The notes under the pieces: generated by a model
What the model was told of the DNA's origin: nothing
Seen by the model: the letters and a program-made list of their open reading frames with translations, nothing else
The model's database searches: none
Virus record (IMG/VR): IMGVR_UViG_3300041097_000002
Coordinates: 1-44,112 of that record
Source: a virus
Taxonomy: Duplodnaviria; Caudoviricetes
Length of the DNA: 44,112 nt
Direction: 5' to 3' (one strand)
Shown: piece by piece, positions 33,874 to 42,044 of the stretch
Layout of the letters: every line of letters begins with the position of its first letter
Numbering within the stretch: the first letter of the stretch is position 1
Program-made: the position numbers and the translations under genes

Positions 33874-34440
33874 ATGCCCACGCGAACGACCGATACAGCG
33901 CAGTCGAAGAAGTCGAAGGTGACGCCGGAACAGAAGGCGGAATGCGATCGGCTGCTCGCTCTCTACCGCGAGCGGGTATTAGGTCGGATGTCGCAGGACC
34001 AGTTCGGTCATGCGTTCGACCTGGGCAATCAGTCCAACGTCGGCCACTACCTACACGGCAGGCAGTCACTCAATGCCGTCGCCGCGCTGAAGTTCGCGCA
34101 AGGATTGGAGTGCTTCGTCGAGGACTTCAGCCCGCGACTGTCCCGTGAGATTGTCGAATTGGTGTCGCTGGCCACGCCTGACCGCGTGCGCGGGTTGCAA
34201 ACCAGAGCCAGCCGCGAGGCGGCCGCGTACTGGCCGTTCCCTCAAGTGCCGATGACGAGGATCATCAACTTGCGCGACCCCGACATCGCCCGGGTAGAGG
34301 GAGCGATCATGGTCGTCGTCGCGCAGCTCGACGCCGAGCATCGACGCAACGCCCGCAATGGATCCCGCTCTGCCGCGCCGACGGAATACATCGGAGGCCC
34401 GGAGCAGGTCGAGCCCACGAAACCGGCGCATCGAAAATGA
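33874..34440 (+). CDS. CI-like repressor lacking S24 peptidase domain
   Basis: Lambda-CI-type N-domain (TPEQ...RL.AL...SQ...QS.VG.YL.G...LN...A..L...VEDFSP.L.REI). The short C-domain starting WPFP has no peptidase motifs. Confidence 0.88.
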   Translation: MPTRTTDTAQSKKSKVTPEQKAECDRLLALYRERVLGRMSQDQFGHAFDLGNQSNVGHYLHGRQSLNAVAALKFAQGLECFVEDFSPRLSREIVELVSLATPDRVRGLQTRASREAAAYWPFPQVPMTRIINLRDPDIARVEGAIMVVVAQLDAEHRRNARNGSRSAAPTEYIGGPEQVEPTKPAHRK

Positions 34441-34691
34441 GGCGCGTAGCTTTCTCTCTTGTCCCAGACCCGATCTCGCACGACACAATCGAGTGCCTGA
34501 AGGAGCTGCTCGCTCGCGCGAAATCCGGCGAGGTCATCGGGATTGCCTACGTCGCCATGCTGCGACGCCGGCAATACTTCGCCGACGCAGCCGGCGAGTG
34601 CCATCGCAACCCTACCCACGCCAGAGGAATGGTGCGCGCCCTCGATGACGAGCTAGGACTCCGAGTCCGCGGCGGCGGCGGCCACTCCTGA
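34437..34691 (+). CDS. Hypothetical protein coupled to the repressor
   Basis: ATGA overlap with the repressor stop, followed by a terminator. Confidence 0.8.
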   Translation: MRRVAFSLVPDPISHDTIECLKELLARAKSGEVIGIAYVAMLRRRQYFADAAGECHRNPTHARGMVRALDDELGLRVRGGGGHS

Positions 34692-34701
34692 TTCCCCTGC
34701 G

Positions 34702-34725
34702 GCCCGCTTCGGCGGGCATTATTTT
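34702..34725 (+). terminator. Terminator of the immunity operon
   Basis: GCCCGC-TTCG-GCGGGC followed by ATTATTTT. Confidence 0.75.
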
Positions 34726-34735
34726 GCGCCACCGA

Positions 34736-34777
34736 AGTAGCGGCCCTATTGACACGGCCGAATAGGGCCGCTATTCT
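34736..34777 (+). promoter_or_regulatory. PL-like promoter with two OL operators
   Basis: TTGACA (34749-34754), 17 bp spacer, TATTCT (34772-34777). Operators AGTAGCGGCCCTATT at 34736-34750 and AATAGGGCCGCTATT at 34761-34775. Confidence 0.9.
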
Positions 34778-34817
34778 GTCTCCTGTCGCCTCACCAAACG
34801 CACAGGAGCAGCCAGCC

Positions 34818-34991
34818 ATGACGGAAGCGCCCGAAGTCACCTACACGATCAACTACGACCAGGAAGACGGATTCGTCGCCGAGCCGATGACAACCGACGA
34901 ACAGGCCGACTGCTTCCTGCTGCCGGTCAAGTGCCGCGTAGATGCGATCGATTACGCCGAGCGCGTGCTTGGTTTGAAAGTCGTCGAGTAG
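34818..34991 (+). CDS. Small acidic protein, first gene of the PL operon
   Basis: AGGAG RBS before ATG 34818. Confidence 0.75.
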   Translation: MTEAPEVTYTINYDQEDGFVAEPMTTDEQADCFLLPVKCRVDAIDYAERVLGLKVVE

Positions 34992-35000
34992 GAGCCAGCC

Positions 35001-35345
35001 ATGAAATCCGAAGCCGAACACGAGCGCGACGAAGACTGGGCGTTTTGGGCCACGGAGCAGGCCGAGCGCATCGCCGCCGACGAGATCGACACGAAGGACT
35101 TGGGCGATCTGGTCGTCGAGCACTCGGAAGGCGCCCTGCTCGGAATCCTGCTCGATGCGCTGCAGTACGAGCAGGGGCCGGAAGCGGTTGCGGCCGCGTT
35201 CAAGGATCTGAAAGACGGCGTGAAGTCGAGCATCGAGGCTGCCGTGTTCCACAACCTCGAAGCCGAGCACGAGCGGCGCAAGTCTGCCGAGGCGCTGCAC
35301 CGGAACTACGGCGGTATGCGCCCGGACGATCGGGAGGCGGCATGA
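35001..35345 (+). CDS. Acidic hypothetical protein
   Basis: AGGAG RBS, very Asp/Glu-rich. Confidence 0.75.
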   Translation: MKSEAEHERDEDWAFWATEQAERIAADEIDTKDLGDLVVEHSEGALLGILLDALQYEQGPEAVAAAFKDLKDGVKSSIEAAVFHNLEAEHERRKSAEALHRNYGGMRPDDREAA

Positions 35346-35482
35346 GCCCGCACAACGACCTCCTGCGCCACGCCGACGACGGCCTCGACGCTGCGCGCGG
35401 AATCCTCTCTGCCGTGGCCCTGTCCATCGTCCTCGTCTGGATCGGCGTGCTGTGCGGGCTGTGGCTGGCGGGCGGGATGTGA
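35342..35482 (+). CDS. Small single-TM protein
   Basis: DDGLDAARGILSAVALSIVLVWIGV, ATGA coupling. Confidence 0.65.
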   Translation: MSPHNDLLRHADDGLDAARGILSAVALSIVLVWIGVLCGLWLAGGM

Positions 35483-35778
35483 TGGGCATGAAGCACACAC
35501 TCGAATTGCGCGACGCCGTGTGGTCGTTCTTGATCGACCCGCTCGACCCACTAGCAATGTCATGGGTCCGAGATCTCGCAGGTAACGACGCCCTGCTAAG
35601 TCTCGTGGCCCTGCCGGCAGAGATCAAAGAGTCGCTGAAATCGGCGGTGTGCGAGCGCGATGACCTTCTCGACGCACTCCGCGGACTGATACTCCACATC
35701 GGCACGACTGTCGTGTGTCAGGACGTGCCCGAGTTCAACGCGGCCCGCGCCGCCATCCTCAAGGCAACCGAGGGCTGA
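35482..35778 (+). CDS. Hypothetical protein
   Basis: Ends DLLDAL...ARAAILKATEG, a common phage C-terminal module. Confidence 0.7.
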   Translation: MGMKHTLELRDAVWSFLIDPLDPLAMSWVRDLAGNDALLSLVALPAEIKESLKSAVCERDDLLDALRGLILHIGTTVVCQDVPEFNAARAAILKATEG

Positions 35779-35779
35779 C

Positions 35780-35974
35780 ATGGCGCCCAACGACATCACC
35801 CGCTGCGCCGATGGCCTTGCCGGTCAGTGCCCGCAGGCAGGACGTTGCGAGCGCACGGCACCTGTGCCTGCCGGGGAGATCGTGTCGCAGGCGTTTTACA
35901 ACGGGCTGCGTCTGGCGCGCGGATGGTGCGCGGACTACCTGCCGATTCCTGAGCGATGCACGGAGGAAGAATGA
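35780..35974 (+). CDS. Small Cys-rich protein
   Basis: DITRC...CP....C.R...C motif. Confidence 0.7.
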   Translation: MAPNDITRCADGLAGQCPQAGRCERTAPVPAGEIVSQAFYNGLRLARGWCADYLPIPERCTEEE

Positions 35975-36450
35975 GCGAGATGAGCGAACGCGAACGCGCG
36001 GCAGCAGAACGGTTGCGTAGGGCAGAGCGCGCCGAGTCTCGGCTTAAGAATGATGTGCGCGAGAAACGCGACGCAGCACGAGCCGTAATCGATGAGCAAC
36101 TCCGCGCCGAGTACGACGAGCCACTGCGCATTGCTGCTCAGGAGCGATGCGCGGCACAAAAGGCGCTCGACGATGTACGCATATCGGAGCAGGCAAGCAC
36201 CGGGCCGGCGATTGGGAAGCGATACATCGAGATCGCGCGGCGCTCCACTTGGGGCGAGGAACGAGGGCCGACCGGGCGCGTGTCGGTCGTAGAGCAGCGC
36301 ACGCACACGACGATGTTCCGCGAGAACGCGCGATGGGGCTTGCCGATGATGGGCGACAAGTTCCTGCGGGTGCTCAAGAAGGACGGCACGCCAAGTTTGA
36401 ACTTCGCCCGGATCGGCGATTGGGATTGGAAACCGGAGGGCGACAAATGA
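35971..36450 (+). CDS. Hypothetical protein (coiled coil plus beta domain)
   Basis: GGAGG RBS, ATGA overlaps. Confidence 0.7.
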   Translation: MSEMSERERAAAERLRRAERAESRLKNDVREKRDAARAVIDEQLRAEYDEPLRIAAQERCAAQKALDDVRISEQASTGPAIGKRYIEIARRSTWGEERGPTGRVSVVEQRTHTTMFRENARWGLPMMGDKFLRVLKKDGTPSLNFARIGDWDWKPEGDK

Positions 36451-36605
36451 ACCACCGCACGATCGCCGAAGCAAAGGCTATTGCCGATCGCGCCGCGAAA
36501 CGACTGGCGCAGGAAGCGAATGCAAAGGTCAGCACGCAGGCGCAGAAGCGGTGGGCCGAATCGCTGCTCACGCAGGCGCGGTTGCGCCGGATGGGGGTGC
36601 GGTGA
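36447..36605 (+). CDS. Small basic hypothetical protein
   Basis: GGAGG RBS, overlaps at both ends. Confidence 0.6.
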   Translation: MNHRTIAEAKAIADRAAKRLAQEANAKVSTQAQKRWAESLLTQARLRRMGVR

Positions 36606-36940
36606 GCTACGCCATGCCGATCAAGAGCGACGAGCGCCTGCTGTATCGCGCCGTGGCCTCGCTGGAATGCCAGCGGTGCGGGGCGCACGGAACGCAGGTG
36701 GCGCATTCAAACCAACTGCGCGACGGCAAGGGACGCGGGATCAAGGCGTACCCGTGGCGCGTGGCCGCGTTGTGCCCGACATGCCATGCCGAGATCGACA
36801 GCGGGCATCGGATGACGAAGGAAGAGCGCCGAGAGCATTGGGAAGAGGCGCACCGGAAAACGATCGGCGAGCTGTTCGCACGGGGCATGTTGCGCCCGGC
36901 AGAAACCGCCGAATTGCTGATGACGCGAGGGAGAACATGA
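36602..36940 (+). CDS. Zn-binding HNH-like nuclease (DUF968/DUF1364/Ref-like)
   Basis: CxxCG...AHSN...GKGxGIKA...ALCxxCH..ID motif. Confidence 0.75.
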   Translation: MSYAMPIKSDERLLYRAVASLECQRCGAHGTQVAHSNQLRDGKGRGIKAYPWRVAALCPTCHAEIDSGHRMTKEERREHWEEAHRKTIGELFARGMLRPAETAELLMTRGRT

Positions 36941-37749
36941 ACGCAGTAACGAAGATCGAAGGCGGCGCGCTCGCGCTGCCGGAGCAAGAGCTGCTGCAAG
37001 TGCTGCGCTCGTCGCTGTACCCCGGCGCGAACCCGGCGTCGATCAAGCTCGTTCTCGGCTACTGCAAGGCGGCCGGGCTCGACCCGATGCAAAAGCCCGT
37101 GCACATCGTCCCGATGTGGGACGGCAAGGCCGGCGAAATGCGCGACGTTGTGATGCCCGGCATCGGCCTGTACCGCACGCAGGCCGCGCGCTCGGGCAAC
37201 TACGCAGGCGTCACCGAGCCCGAGTACGGCCCGGATGTGACCGAGGAAGTCGGCGGCATGACGATCACCTACCCGGCATGGTGCCGCGTGACCGTCAAGC
37301 GCCGTATGGACGACGGCACGATCGCCGAGTTCACCGCCAACGAACGCTGGCGCGAGAACTACGCCGTCAAGGGCGGCCGGGACAAGAGCATCGCGCCGAA
37401 TGCGATGTGGGCGAAGCGCCCCTATGGGCAGATCGCCAAGTGCGCCGAGGCGCAGGCGCTTCGCAAGGCGTTCCCGGAAATCGGCTCGCAGCCGGTCGCC
37501 GAGGAAATGGAAGGCAAGACGATGACGGTCGACGCCGAGCCAGTGCATCAGCACGCGGCGCCTGCGCTGACCGACGAGCGAGCGCAGGAGATTCGCGCCG
37601 AGTTCGACACTTGCGGCGACTTCGACGACCTGCAGGCGGCGTGGTCGACGCTGACGAAGGACGAGAAGGTAGCAGCGCGCCAGATCAAGGACGACGCCAA
37701 GCAACGCATTCTCGATGCACAGAACACGGTCGACGAGGCATCGGAATGA
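36937..37749 (+). CDS. bet: Phage recombination protein Bet (single-strand annealing)
   Basis: CKAxGLDP...VHIVP...GIGLYR..A.R...W.KRP..Q..KCAEAQALRKAFP motif. Confidence 0.93.
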   Translation: MNAVTKIEGGALALPEQELLQVLRSSLYPGANPASIKLVLGYCKAAGLDPMQKPVHIVPMWDGKAGEMRDVVMPGIGLYRTQAARSGNYAGVTEPEYGPDVTEEVGGMTITYPAWCRVTVKRRMDDGTIAEFTANERWRENYAVKGGRDKSIAPNAMWAKRPYGQIAKCAEAQALRKAFPEIGSQPVAEEMEGKTMTVDAEPVHQHAAPALTDERAQEIRAEFDTCGDFDDLQAAWSTLTKDEKVAARQIKDDAKQRILDAQNTVDEASE

Positions 37750-38366
37750 GCTACATCGTGCAGGGCTCGGGCGAGTGGCTGGCGCAAAGGCGCGGCAAGT
37801 TGACTGCCTCGCGTGTGGCCGACGCCATCGCCAAGCTGAAATCCGGCGGATGGGCGAAGTCGCGGTACGACTTGATGAAAGAGCTTGTCGCCGAGCGCAT
37901 GACGGATGCCTCGATCGATCGCTTCGTGTCGCCGGAAATGCGCTGGGGCATCGAGTGCGAGCCGGAGGCGAAGGCCGAATACGAAGAGGCAACGGGCCTG
38001 ATCCTCGTGCCGGCCACCTTCGTCGAGCACCCGGAAATCGAGCACTTCGGCGCGACCTGTGACGCCTACCAAGGCCGCGATACGGTAGTCGAGTTCAAGT
38101 GCCCGAAGACGACGACGCACCTGCAATACGTCCTGAACGGCGCGGTGCCCGACGAGTACAAGCCGCAGATTCTGGCGCAGCTTGCGTGCGTGCGCCGAGA
38201 GCGCGCCGTCTTCGTTTCCTACGATCCGCGCGTGAACGGCCCGAAGCGGCTGTTCATCCGCGAATGGGAGCCGGACCTGGCGGAGATCGAAGCTATCGAG
38301 GGCATGGCGCGCGAGTTCCTTGAGGAACTGGAAGTGCTGTTCTCGCGCGTGACGGAGGCGGCATGA
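37746..38366 (+). CDS. YqaJ/lambda-exonuclease family protein
   Basis: QGSxEWLxxRxGKLTAS, WGxxxEPEA, E.KCP, QxxxQL motifs. Confidence 0.92.
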   Translation: MSYIVQGSGEWLAQRRGKLTASRVADAIAKLKSGGWAKSRYDLMKELVAERMTDASIDRFVSPEMRWGIECEPEAKAEYEEATGLILVPATFVEHPEIEHFGATCDAYQGRDTVVEFKCPKTTTHLQYVLNGAVPDEYKPQILAQLACVRRERAVFVSYDPRVNGPKRLFIREWEPDLAEIEAIEGMAREFLEELEVLFSRVTEAA

Positions 38367-38557
38367 CGCTTACCGCCCGCCAACGCGACGTTCTCGCCTT
38401 CATAGCGGCCGGTCACTCGCGAAAGCAATGCGAGGAAATCATCGGCATCCGCGAAGGCACGTTCAAGACGCATCTGGCGCTCGCATTCGCCCGGCTCGGC
38501 GCGCACAACGGCGCGCACGCGGTAGCGATTGCCATGCGCAAGGGGCTGATCGAATGA
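38363..38557 (+). CDS. Stand-alone LuxR/GerE-type HTH protein
   Basis: LTxRQRDVL..IAxG.S.K.....IGI.E.T.K.HL.....LG..N...AV..A...GLI. Confidence 0.85.
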   Translation: MTLTARQRDVLAFIAAGHSRKQCEEIIGIREGTFKTHLALAFARLGAHNGAHAVAIAMRKGLIE

Positions 38558-38609
38558 CAAGCGGCCTAGTCGCAACCTCGATCCTGCGCATCCTCGCTAT
38601 CTACCCGCG

Positions 38610-38795
38610 ATGATGACCAGCACCACCACGATGATCCGCCGACTCGAAGGAATGCTCGGCACGCGCGACCTCTCCGATTGGGAGCAGGGCTTCGTCGAGA
38701 CACTCGCGGCCAAACTCGAAGCCGGCGAAGTGACGCAACTCACCGAGCGGCAGGTCGAAATCCTCGAACGACTTCACGGGAAGCACTTCGCATGA
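38610..38795 (+). CDS. Hypothetical protein
   Basis: LSDWExGFV...LTERQ motif, coupled to the next gene. Confidence 0.75.
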   Translation: MMTSTTTMIRRLEGMLGTRDLSDWEQGFVETLAAKLEAGEVTQLTERQVEILERLHGKHFA

Positions 38796-39262
38796 GCACC
38801 ATCGACCTGCAATCGTTCTGCGCGAAGGACGACGTCCGCAGCTACCTGATGCAGCCCTTCGTCATCGACGGGTACACCTACGCGACGAACGGACACGTCA
38901 TCGTGCGCGTGCGAGGTGCGCCGGGGCAAGAGCCGTCGAATCCCGCTCGGGCGGCGGCGCCGAGGTTGTTCGCCGTCGAGTACACCGACTACGAGCTACT
39001 GCCAGAGATTCCGGCGCCGCAGACGTGCCCTGAGTGCCACGGTGGTGGCGAGGAGTACGAAGACGAGTGCATGTACTCCATGTGCCGTGATGGCGAGCTG
39101 TTCCAACTGATGAAGGTCGGTGCTGCGTGGTTCGACGTTCGCTACCTGCACCGGATCGCGCAATTGCCGAACGTGCGAATCAGCGTCGTCGGCCGGGATG
39201 CGATGGCCGCATTCGTCTTCGACGGCGGCGAAGGGAGGGTGATGCCATGTCGCGAGAAGTGA
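38792..39262 (+). CDS. Beta-clamp-like fragment with CxxCxGxG zinc-finger insertion
   Basis: D.R.YL...ATNGH and F..RYL...VMPxR echo DnaN motifs. CPECHGGG insert. Confidence 0.6.
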   Translation: MSTIDLQSFCAKDDVRSYLMQPFVIDGYTYATNGHVIVRVRGAPGQEPSNPARAAAPRLFAVEYTDYELLPEIPAPQTCPECHGGGEEYEDECMYSMCRDGELFQLMKVGAAWFDVRYLHRIAQLPNVRISVVGRDAMAAFVFDGGEGRVMPCREK

Positions 39263-39975
39263 CCACCATCGACTACAAAGCCCTCACCGAGCGGATCGAC
39301 CTCTACGCCCAGCTTGGCGTCGAAGGTTGCGACCGCTGGCGCGACGACCTCCGCACCGTCGTCACGATGCTGAACGAGGCGGCGGAAGCGAGGCCGGTCG
39401 CGTGGATGGACGAGTTCGGAAATGCCTTTCCGCTCGACGCGTGGAAACCTGCGAAGCGCACGTATCTCGACGACCATAAAAATGGGTGGAAGCCGCTCTA
39501 CCTGCACCCCGCGCCGCAACCGAACTGGCAACCTGTGCCGCCGCGTGCATGTATCAAGCCCACGCACGAGGCCGCAGACGCCTTCTGGCGCCACTGGCGG
39601 GAGAACGGCGAGACGCACAAGCACGGTTACTACGAATCGACCTGGGGCGCGATCAACGCGGCGCTCGCCTGTGGATGGACGGAGCCCGCGCCGCAACCGC
39701 AACCTGTTCTGAGCGGATACGGCGACTACGGCGCAGCCATTCCCGGAATCGAGCGCCCTTGCACCTGCCACCCGGACGACAACCCGCCTGTCCCGTGCGC
39801 GCAGAAATATGCACTGAGCGAATGCAGAGCAGCAAGCGAGCCGACTGAGGTGCAGATCGAGGCGTGGGCGCATGAGATATGGGCCGCTGCACAAACTGCG
39901 CCGTGCGAAGGTATCGAGAACGCAGTGGACCGGATCGTTGGTGCGCTTCGTGCCGCACTCGCGGCGAAGGAATGA
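39259..39975 (+). CDS. Mosaic hypothetical protein
   Basis: PVAW...PLY module, PAPQP linkers, CTCHPDD..P.PC module. Confidence 0.7.
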   Translation: MTTIDYKALTERIDLYAQLGVEGCDRWRDDLRTVVTMLNEAAEARPVAWMDEFGNAFPLDAWKPAKRTYLDDHKNGWKPLYLHPAPQPNWQPVPPRACIKPTHEAADAFWRHWRENGETHKHGYYESTWGAINAALACGWTEPAPQPQPVLSGYGDYGAAIPGIERPCTCHPDDNPPVPCAQKYALSECRAASEPTEVQIEAWAHEIWAAAQTAPCEGIENAVDRIVGALRAALAAKE

Positions 39976-39976
39976 C

Positions 39977-40405
39977 ATGAACGAAACCGAGAAGCGGTAT
40001 GCCCGCCGCGATCATATGGCGCTCGACCAGGCAGGCGGCTACTACATGCGCCACGTCATGGCGATGACCGCCGAAGGACTGCACGCGAAGTCTGACATTG
40101 CGGCGGAGCTTGCTTTTCGTGACGCCGAAATCGACCGCCGCACCCGCGAGCGCGACGAGGCACGGGCAGAGCGCGATGCGCTGGCGAAGGCGCTCGCGTT
40201 CTACGCCACGCAGGAGCACTTCATCCTCAGCGACGACACCATGTGGGACACGGTATCGGGCGAGCCGCCGAACTGGTGGTGCGACGGGGCGGGGACGGCG
40301 ACCGTCGAGGATGGCTCGATTGCACGCCTCGTGCTTGCCGGTGGGCAGTCGGCCGCCGACGTGATCGCGCAGATCGAGAAGGAGAAAGCAAATGGCGGCC
40401 GCTGA
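39977..40405 (+). CDS. Hypothetical protein
   Basis: AAGGA RBS, YxRHVxAMTxEGLHxKSDIAAEL domain and coiled coil. Confidence 0.7.
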   Translation: MNETEKRYARRDHMALDQAGGYYMRHVMAMTAEGLHAKSDIAAELAFRDAEIDRRTRERDEARAERDALAKALAFYATQEHFILSDDTMWDTVSGEPPNWWCDGAGTATVEDGSIARLVLAGGQSAADVIAQIEKEKANGGR

Positions 40406-40667
40406 TTACCGACTCTGCGACGTGTGCGACGGCAAGGTGTTCTACGACGCGAACCTTAACTACGAACAGGGGCGCGATGACGAATGGGCGAAGAGCAAAA
40501 CACCGTTCCGATGGGCCGGTGAAGAGCAAGGGAAGCCGGAGCACGATGACTGGCTGTTGCGCCTCGACTATCTCGGCGATTGGGCGGTGATCTGTAGTGC
40601 CTGCGCCAAGACGCACAAGACGATCGTTGTGCCGATCGAAACGAAGGAGAACAACGATGCTGACTGA
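40392..40667 (+). CDS. Zn-ribbon hypothetical protein
   Basis: CDVC...CSAC, AGGAG RBS. Confidence 0.75.
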   Translation: MAAADYRLCDVCDGKVFYDANLNYEQGRDDEWAKSKTPFRWAGEEQGKPEHDDWLLRLDYLGDWAVICSACAKTHKTIVVPIETKENNDAD

Positions 40668-40842
40668 ACGAACGTCTCCGACCTGCCTGTGGTCACGCGA
40701 TGGTGACGAGGAGCACGACGTATGGGGAACATCGTGCGGGCACTACTTCACGATCATCGAAGGCACCCCGACCGACAACGAAATGCGGTTCTGCTGTTAT
40801 TGCGGCGGGAACCTGGAGGAGAACAACGATGTTGGCCAATGA
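40657..40842 (+). CDS. Small Cys-rich protein
   Basis: C.W...W.TSCG...FCCYCG, AGGAG RBS. Confidence 0.75.
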   Translation: MLTERTSPTCLWSRDGDEEHDVWGTSCGHYFTIIEGTPTDNEMRFCCYCGGNLEENNDVGQ

Positions 40843-41374
40843 CGAACTGCCGCCGCTGCCGCCACATCCCGAGCCGCACACGATGCGCTGGACGCGGTTG
40901 GAATTGGACGCGATCCGCGAATACGCACGCGCCGTCGAACGAGCGGCATACGCGGCGGCGATCAAGGCGTGCGAAGAGATCGAGTCCGAGCGATGGAAGC
41001 AGTACAAGGGCCGCGACGAGAACGACGCAGAGCGTTCGCTGCGGGGAAACCAACACACCGAGGGGTGCTCGGACGGCGCGAGTGAGTGCGCCGCGGCGAC
41101 CGAGGCGCAGATCGAGCAGCACCCCGACGACGCAGCGGTCGACCGTTTCGCCGCAGCGATGAAGGCGAAGCTCGCCGAGAAGCGCGACGAAGGCCGGGGC
41201 GGATGGGACGACCCGGCGCAATGCTCGACAGGGTTCCTCGCTTGGTTGCTCCGTGGGCACGTCGAGAAGGGCGACCCGCTCGACGTGGGCAACTTCGCGA
41301 TGATGCTGTGGAACCGAGGCGGCGCAACAAATGAGATGCGTGCCGCGCTCGCGCAGGCGAAGGAGGGAGCGTGA
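40829..41374 (+). CDS. Mosaic protein with all-alpha (MazG-like?) C-terminal domain
   Basis: FAAAMKAKL..KR..GRGGW...KGDPLDVGNFAMML. Confidence 0.7.
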   Translation: MLANDELPPLPPHPEPHTMRWTRLELDAIREYARAVERAAYAAAIKACEEIESERWKQYKGRDENDAERSLRGNQHTEGCSDGASECAAATEAQIEQHPDDAAVDRFAAAMKAKLAEKRDEGRGGWDDPAQCSTGFLAWLLRGHVEKGDPLDVGNFAMMLWNRGGATNEMRAALAQAKEGA

Positions 41375-41805
41375 GACTGTTCATCGATGGCGAGTGGAAC
41401 GGCTTCGGCGGCGAACTGATTTCGATAGCGCTTGTTGCCGAGGACGGCCGCGAGTTCTATGCGGTGCTCGGATGCGACAACCCTGCACCGTGGGTAGCCG
41501 AAAACGTGATGCCGAAGCTCGGCGCTCCGCTCGGCCTCCATCCGGGGGAATCCGTGGAGTCGGTGCAGGTGCGGATTTCGCTGTTCCTCGCACAATTCGA
41601 CGTCGTGCACATCGTTGCCGACTGGCCCGAGGATATCGAGCGGTTCTGCCGCCTGCTCATCACGGGGCCTGGCACCCGTATCGACACGCCGCCGCTGACG
41701 ATGGAAGTGCTCCGGGTCGATGCGCCATCCGAGAACCCGCACAACGCACTCGCCGATGCTCGCGGGCTGCGCGATCTGCTGGCGAAGGACGCGGAGGCGC
41801 GGTGA
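41371..41805 (+). CDS. DEDDh 3'-5' exonuclease
   Basis: FIDxE...LISIALV...ADW..D...HNALADA. Confidence 0.85.
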   Translation: MRLFIDGEWNGFGGELISIALVAEDGREFYAVLGCDNPAPWVAENVMPKLGAPLGLHPGESVESVQVRISLFLAQFDVVHIVADWPEDIERFCRLLITGPGTRIDTPPLTMEVLRVDAPSENPHNALADARGLRDLLAKDAEAR

Positions 41806-42044
41806 ACTTCTGCTCCCGCATCACCGCCGTGACCATCATTCCAGAGAAAAGCGACTCGATTCGCGACGACAACGCCACCCGCATCGAGATCGACGACGAG
41901 GGAGCCGGCGGCTTCGTCGTGCTCACACAGCCGGATTGCCGCGAAGACGGCGGCATTGCCATCACCGCCGACGATTGGCCAGCATTGCGCGCGGCGATCG
42001 AGAGGCTGTTCGGGGAAATCAATGAGATGGAGGCGGGGCGGTAA
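41802..42044 (+). CDS. Hypothetical protein
   Basis: GTGA and TAATG overlaps. IEIDDEGAGxFV. Confidence 0.7.
   Translation: MNFCSRITAVTIIPEKSDSIRDDNATRIEIDDEGAGGFVVLTQPDCREDGGIAITADDWPALRAAIERLFGEINEMEAGR

Noticed and set aside
34776-34806. LexA (SOS) box downstream of PL
   Set aside because: CTGT and ACAG are present but not at the required 8-bp spacing.
36607-37992. 461-aa minus-strand ORF
   Set aside because: Antisense to bet/exo.
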